A DNA stretch of 28,860 nt, taken from the IMG/VR virus record IMGVR_UViG_3300011253_000542, positions 1-28,860 of that record; one strand, written 5' to 3'. Below, in pieces: positions 24,622-28,860 of this stretch. The DNA comes from a virus (Duplodnaviria; Caudoviricetes). Every line of letters starts with the position of its first letter. The stretch's first letter is position 1. A program made the translations under genes and the position numbers. Under the pieces are notes generated by a model that saw only the letters and a list, made by a program, of their open reading frames with translations, had not been told where the DNA came from and did no database searches.

Positions 24622-26946
24622 ATGATAAAAAATACAAAGATTTCAATCTTTAAATCACTTTTTAAGTCATCGGATGTGCCCTATTGTATCCAACTTGATC
24701 AGGCACTTAAAAGAATAAAAGAAGGAAAGTCTAAAAACATCATTGATAAGATGATGACACTGGAAGGTGATGCACGTTCCAAATTAAAGAACACATTACC
24801 TTGTGTTATTTTTAGTGGTGAGTTTACTCAAAGAAGAAAGTCAGGACTAAAAGAACATAGTGGTTTGATGGTCTTGGACTTTGATAAAATACCAAATAAT
24901 AAAATGGCTATGATGTTTGACCAGCTGAAACAAAACAAACATATTGTTTCAGTATTTATGTCACCATCACGAAATGGATATAAAGCCATTGTGTCAATTC
25001 CAAAATGTAATGCAAAAGAACATGAACAATATTTTAAGCAGTTTAATAAGGATCACCTTTATGACTATTTTGATGTTGCTACTTGCAACGTTGATAGAGT
25101 TTGTTTCGAATCATACGATCCAAATATTTACATTAACTATGAAGCTATTCAGTATGCTCCAAAACTGGTCGATGATGGTTTTCTTATAGCAGAAAAAGTT
25201 CCAACCATTCCAATCAATGATGATTTTATGAAGATTGAACTTATAATGAAGTTCAACTGGCAAAAGGATTTCATCGAAGGTGAACGTAATAATTTTATCT
25301 TGGACATTGCATCGGCTTTCTGTGAGTATGGTGTTCAAGAAATAAATGCAGTTAACTACATATTAAACAATGTAGTTGTTGGTGATTTTAGTGAAGATGA
25401 AACAAAGAACACAATTAAGAGTGCATATAGAATAAGGCAATTTGCAATTAAATACTTTGAGGATTATAATAAAATAGATAGTATTAAAAAGGACCTTAAA
25501 TATGGCAAAGAAAAAGTAAAGGAACTGCATAACATTAATGATGATGTTTATGATCATATATCTGATGAATCAGAGCATGAAGATTTCTGGTATTATGACA
25601 AGAAACAGAACATAAAAATAGATCCATTAAAGTATAAACTATTTTTAGAAAGGAATGGATTTAAGAAGTTTTTCTTTGCTGATAGTCTTAAACCATCGTT
25701 TGTAAAAATCAAATCAAATATTGTATCGGAAACATCAACCGAAATAATTAAAGACTATGTTTTGAATTATCTATTAGATAATAATGAAATAGATGTTTAT
25801 TCATATGTAGCTACATATCAAAATCTATTCACTGATTCATTCTTGACAATACTTGAAACAATTGACCTGATGATGTTGAATGATACACAACACAAATCAT
25901 TTATTGCATTCAGGAATGGTATTTTGGAAGTCACAAAAGATAAATTACATCTTAATCAATATGTTAATGTTAATGGGTATATATGGAAGAACCAAATCAT
26001 TGATAGGGATTTTATTGAAACGGACAATCTTGATAATGATTATCAAAAGTTTATTAATAACATAAGTAATGGCGAACCATTATCTATTGAATGTACTATT
26101 GGTTATTTATTACATACCTATAAGAATAAGATTGATAATAAAGCAATAATATTAAATGATGAGGTAATTAGTGATAATCCAGAAGGTGGAACTGGAAAAG
26201 GTTTATTTGTTCAGGGATTAAAAGAAATAAGAAGGGTGGGCATATTAGATGGAAAGTCCTTCGATGATAAAAAATCGTTTCCATATCAAACCATAAGCCA
26301 GGACACGCAAATCCTGGTCTTTGATGATGTTAAGAAGAACTTTGACTTTGAATCAAAATTTAGTTTAGTTACTGAGGGTATAACATTAGAACGCAAAGGA
26401 AAGGATGCTATTAAGTTAAACGTTGAGGAATCACCTAAAATGCTAATATCAACCAACTATGCAATCAAAGGTGAAGGGAATAGCCATGATAGGCGAAGGC
26501 ATGAGGTTGAGGTGGCACAATATTATAATTCGGATTTAACACCATATGATGATTTTGGTCGGACATTGTTTGATGACTGGGATGAGGATGAGTACACACG
26601 TTTTGATAATTACATGGTGGGTTGTATTCAATTATACTTCACACACAAACTAATTAAACAAACCAATGCCAAGAATATCAAATTGCGTAAATTCATAAGT
26701 GAAACATCACAAGAATTTTATGAGTGGTGCAATTATGATGGAACTGAATTATTTAATGTTAGACTAAACAAAAGAAATATGTTTGACCAGTTTGTCAATG
26801 ACTATCAAGATTATAAGAAATGGCTCACACAAAAGAAATTCAACATTTGGATTAAGAAGTATGCAAACTACATTGGTGGTGAATATACTGAAGGACATAC
26901 GAATGGTGATCGTTGGTTTATGGTTGAATATGATTTACCTTTTTAA
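24622..26946 (+). CDS. Primase-helicase: BT4734/VirE-N-like primase domain, PriCT domain, SF3-type P-loop helicase
   Basis: KLKNTLP..FSGEF, SGLMVLDFD, FMSPSRNGYK, RVCFESYDP; EGERNN; Walker A EGGTGKG, FDD, ISTN, RRR; tail YDLPF. Confidence 0.85.
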   Translation: MIKNTKISIFKSLFKSSDVPYCIQLDQALKRIKEGKSKNIIDKMMTLEGDARSKLKNTLPCVIFSGEFTQRRKSGLKEHSGLMVLDFDKIPNNKMAMMFDQLKQNKHIVSVFMSPSRNGYKAIVSIPKCNAKEHEQYFKQFNKDHLYDYFDVATCNVDRVCFESYDPNIYINYEAIQYAPKLVDDGFLIAEKVPTIPINDDFMKIELIMKFNWQKDFIEGERNNFILDIASAFCEYGVQEINAVNYILNNVVVGDFSEDETKNTIKSAYRIRQFAIKYFEDYNKIDSIKKDLKYGKEKVKELHNINDDVYDHISDESEHEDFWYYDKKQNIKIDPLKYKLFLERNGFKKFFFADSLKPSFVKIKSNIVSETSTEIIKDYVLNYLLDNNEIDVYSYVATYQNLFTDSFLTILETIDLMMLNDTQHKSFIAFRNGILEVTKDKLHLNQYVNVNGYIWKNQIIDRDFIETDNLDNDYQKFINNISNGEPLSIECTIGYLLHTYKNKIDNKAIILNDEVISDNPEGGTGKGLFVQGLKEIRRVGILDGKSFDDKKSFPYQTISQDTQILVFDDVKKNFDFESKFSLVTEGITLERKGKDAIKLNVEESPKMLISTNYAIKGEGNSHDRRRHEVEVAQYYNSDLTPYDDFGRTLFDDWDEDEYTRFDNYMVGCIQLYFTHKLIKQTNAKNIKLRKFISETSQEFYEWCNYDGTELFNVRLNKRNMFDQFVNDYQDYKKWLTQKKFNIWIKKYANYIGGEYTEGHTNGDRWFMVEYDLPF

Positions 26947-28173
26947 ATGGAGTTAAGAGATTACCAAAAGGACATTGTAAGGCGTGGTGTTGACATCATT
27001 GCAGACCATCGTTTGCTTTATTTGCAAATGGAGGTCAGGACTGGTAAAACATTAACATCATTATCAATATGTGAAGAACTTGGTGCATCTAACGTTTTAT
27101 TCATAACTAAAAAGAAAGCAATCACCAGCATTCAAGATGATTATGATAAGTTTGGTTTTAGCTTTGATATAACTATAATAAACAATGAATCATTGCACAA
27201 AGTAGATGGTGACTTTGATATATTGGTATCTGATGAACATCATCGTAATGGTTCGTTTCCAAAGCCAAACAAATCAACTAAACTAATCAAACAACGTTGG
27301 TCCACATTGCCAATGATATTTTTATCAGGAACACCAAATGCAGAATCGTATTCACAAGTGTATCATCAATATTGGGTGAGCATTCATTCACCATTTAAAC
27401 AATGGACAAACTTCTATAAATGGTCAAAGGAGTTTGTGAATGTTACCGAACGTAACTTTGGTTATGCTAATGTCAAAGACTATTCAAGTGCTGACTACAA
27501 TAAGATTAAACCATACATTGATAAACACATTATAACATACACACAATCTCAAGCTGGATTTGAATCTAATGTCAATGAGCATATCTTATGGTGTGATATA
27601 AAGGAAAGTACACATGACATTATTAATACACTTAAGAAGGATAAGATTGTTGTGGGTAAAGCTGGAGCAATCATAGCAGATACATCAGTAAAGATGAAAA
27701 ACAAGATACATCAATTGTGCAGTGGCTCATGTATTCTTGAAGATGGTAGTGTTGTGATACTTGACACATCCAAAGCTGAATTTATCCGTAATAAGTTTAA
27801 AGGTCAAAAGATTGGTTTGTTCTATAAGTTTAAAGGTGAACTGGATATATTAAAGCAAGTGTTTGGTGATACATTATGTACTACATTGGATGATTTTAAT
27901 GGTAGTGATAAGAACATAGCACTTCAGATCATATCAGGGCGTGAAGGCATATCATTACGTGAAGCAGATGCGTTGGTGTATTATAATATTGATTTTAGTG
28001 CAATTAGTTACTTTCAGTCAAAGGATAGGATGACAACAATGGAAAGACAATCAAATGATGTATATTGGATATTTGCTCGAAAGGGTATTGAATCCAAAAT
28101 ATATAAGAGTGTTACTAATAAAAAGGATTATACATTAAGAATGTTTAAAAGGGATTATGAACTACCAAAGTAA
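26947..28173 (+). CDS. Superfamily 2 (SNF2-like) helicase
   Basis: LRDYQ, MEVRTGKT, DEHH, LSGTP, GREGISL, QSKDR. Confidence 0.88.
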   Translation: MELRDYQKDIVRRGVDIIADHRLLYLQMEVRTGKTLTSLSICEELGASNVLFITKKKAITSIQDDYDKFGFSFDITIINNESLHKVDGDFDILVSDEHHRNGSFPKPNKSTKLIKQRWSTLPMIFLSGTPNAESYSQVYHQYWVSIHSPFKQWTNFYKWSKEFVNVTERNFGYANVKDYSSADYNKIKPYIDKHIITYTQSQAGFESNVNEHILWCDIKESTHDIINTLKKDKIVVGKAGAIIADTSVKMKNKIHQLCSGSCILEDGSVVILDTSKAEFIRNKFKGQKIGLFYKFKGELDILKQVFGDTLCTTLDDFNGSDKNIALQIISGREGISLREADALVYYNIDFSAISYFQSKDRMTTMERQSNDVYWIFARKGIESKIYKSVTNKKDYTLRMFKRDYELPK

Positions 28174-28399
28174 AGTAATAAAGGAATACAAAGAAAAAGG
28201 GTATATGGTTTTAAACATTATAAGATTAAGTGAGAATGGGTTTCCAGACCTTATGTGTTTAAAGGATAGTAAGGTTGTGTTTATTGAATGCAAAACTGGT
28301 TCTGATACATTGAAGCCATTGCAACGATATAGGATTGACCAACTGCGTGAAATGGGCTTTGAAGCCATGTGTTTGAAGGATGATAAAATAATTTATTAA
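28157..28399 (+). CDS. VRR-NUC / PD-(D/E)xK nuclease
   Basis: GFPDL, FIECK, LKPLQ..RI..L..MGF. Confidence 0.88.
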   Translation: MNYQSKVIKEYKEKGYMVLNIIRLSENGFPDLMCLKDSKVVFIECKTGSDTLKPLQRYRIDQLREMGFEAMCLKDDKIIY

Positions 28400-28404
28400 T
28401 TTTG
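28397..28404 (+). promoter_or_regulatory. Candidate -7 element TAATTTTG
   Basis: Exact consensus, 7 nt before ATG 28412. Confidence 0.4.
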
Positions 28405-28411
28405 TAGTGAT

Positions 28412-28705
28412 ATGACAAAAGAAGAACAACAAATATTTTTTGATGAGTACATTAATAAGATGCGTGATGTACTACTAAACAAGGGTGATGATTATGCCAA
28501 TGCAGATAGGTTGTCAAACTTTAAGATGGCTGGTCTGATTGCTGGTGGCAATGCACAACTTAATTGTCTTAACCTGATAGCAACAAAGGTTGCAAGGCTT
28601 GGTGTATTACTTAATAGTAAAGACAAACCAAAGAATGAATCAATTAATGATTCAATCATGGACCTTGCTAACTATGCATTGTTACTTGCAATGATTAATA
28701 AATAA
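28412..28705 (+). CDS. DUF1599-like all-helical nucleotide-modification-associated protein
   Basis: KGDDYA..DRLSNF, KVARL, NESINDSIMDLANYALL. Confidence 0.7.
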   Translation: MTKEEQQIFFDEYINKMRDVLLNKGDDYANADRLSNFKMAGLIAGGNAQLNCLNLIATKVARLGVLLNSKDKPKNESINDSIMDLANYALLLAMINK

Positions 28706-28708
28706 GAT

Positions 28709-28860
28709 ATGAAAGTAAATCAAATTGTAGATGGATTCTATGAGTATAACGAACCATACTTTGATGTGGACTTATTAGATGCTGACGACCTTTATGCAAT
28801 CCAAGAGATTGCCACACATAACGTGTTACCATTGTTTCTTGGTAAGATGATAAACAAACC
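28709..28860 (+). CDS. Hypothetical protein, 3'-truncated by the window
   Basis: MKVNQIVDGFYEYNEPYFDVDLLDADDLYAIQEIATHNVLPLFLGKMINK..., open to the window end. Confidence 0.6.
   Translation, partial: MKVNQIVDGFYEYNEPYFDVDLLDADDLYAIQEIATHNVLPLFLGKMINK

Noticed and set aside
20563-28368. Overlapping antisense/alternate ORFs (20563, 22501, 23021, 24944, 25111, 25363, 25880, 28162)
   Set aside because: Fully overlap confident genes and lack motifs
1-28860. CRISPR array, tRNA, integrase/att site, recoded stop codons
   Set aside because: None recognised; genes are intact and tightly packed in the standard code, with TAA, TGA and TAG all used as stops

Overview
The whole window is most of a tailed dsDNA phage genome (siphovirus-type, HK97-like head), about one third G+C. 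Several features point to a Bacteroidota (Flavobacteria-like) host: TAnnTTTG -7 promoters, no Shine-Dalgarno motifs, a signal peptide cleaved before Gln and DLPF-type C-termini. Order on +: HNH-AP2 endonuclease (5' partial), terS, terL, a tandem-domain hypothetical, portal, prohead protease, major capsid, head-tail genes, tail tube, tail chaperones with a -1 frameshift site, tape measure, a large tail-tip protein, a displaced HNH and tail terminator, a putative head-spike/fibre cassette (base, short linker, two paralogous fibres, small partner), holin, amidase and metallophosphoesterase. A convergent leftward operon carries a frameshifted membrane ORF, an HTH protein, an SSB-like protein, a DnaA-domain-IV protein, a lytic transglycosylase and two spanin-like proteins. 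A divergent control region with small ORFs and a structured putative origin precedes a primase-helicase, SF2 helicase, VRR-NUC nuclease and a DUF1599-like gene. No integrase, tRNA, CRISPR or reverse transcriptase was seen. Most notable: the fibre cassette whose linker motif recurs in the tail-tip protein, a second lipobox-free lysis-like module in the early operon, the alternative-pairing origin-like element, and an A8 frameshift in the first leftward gene. All family calls are by-eye motif recognition; no searches were run.
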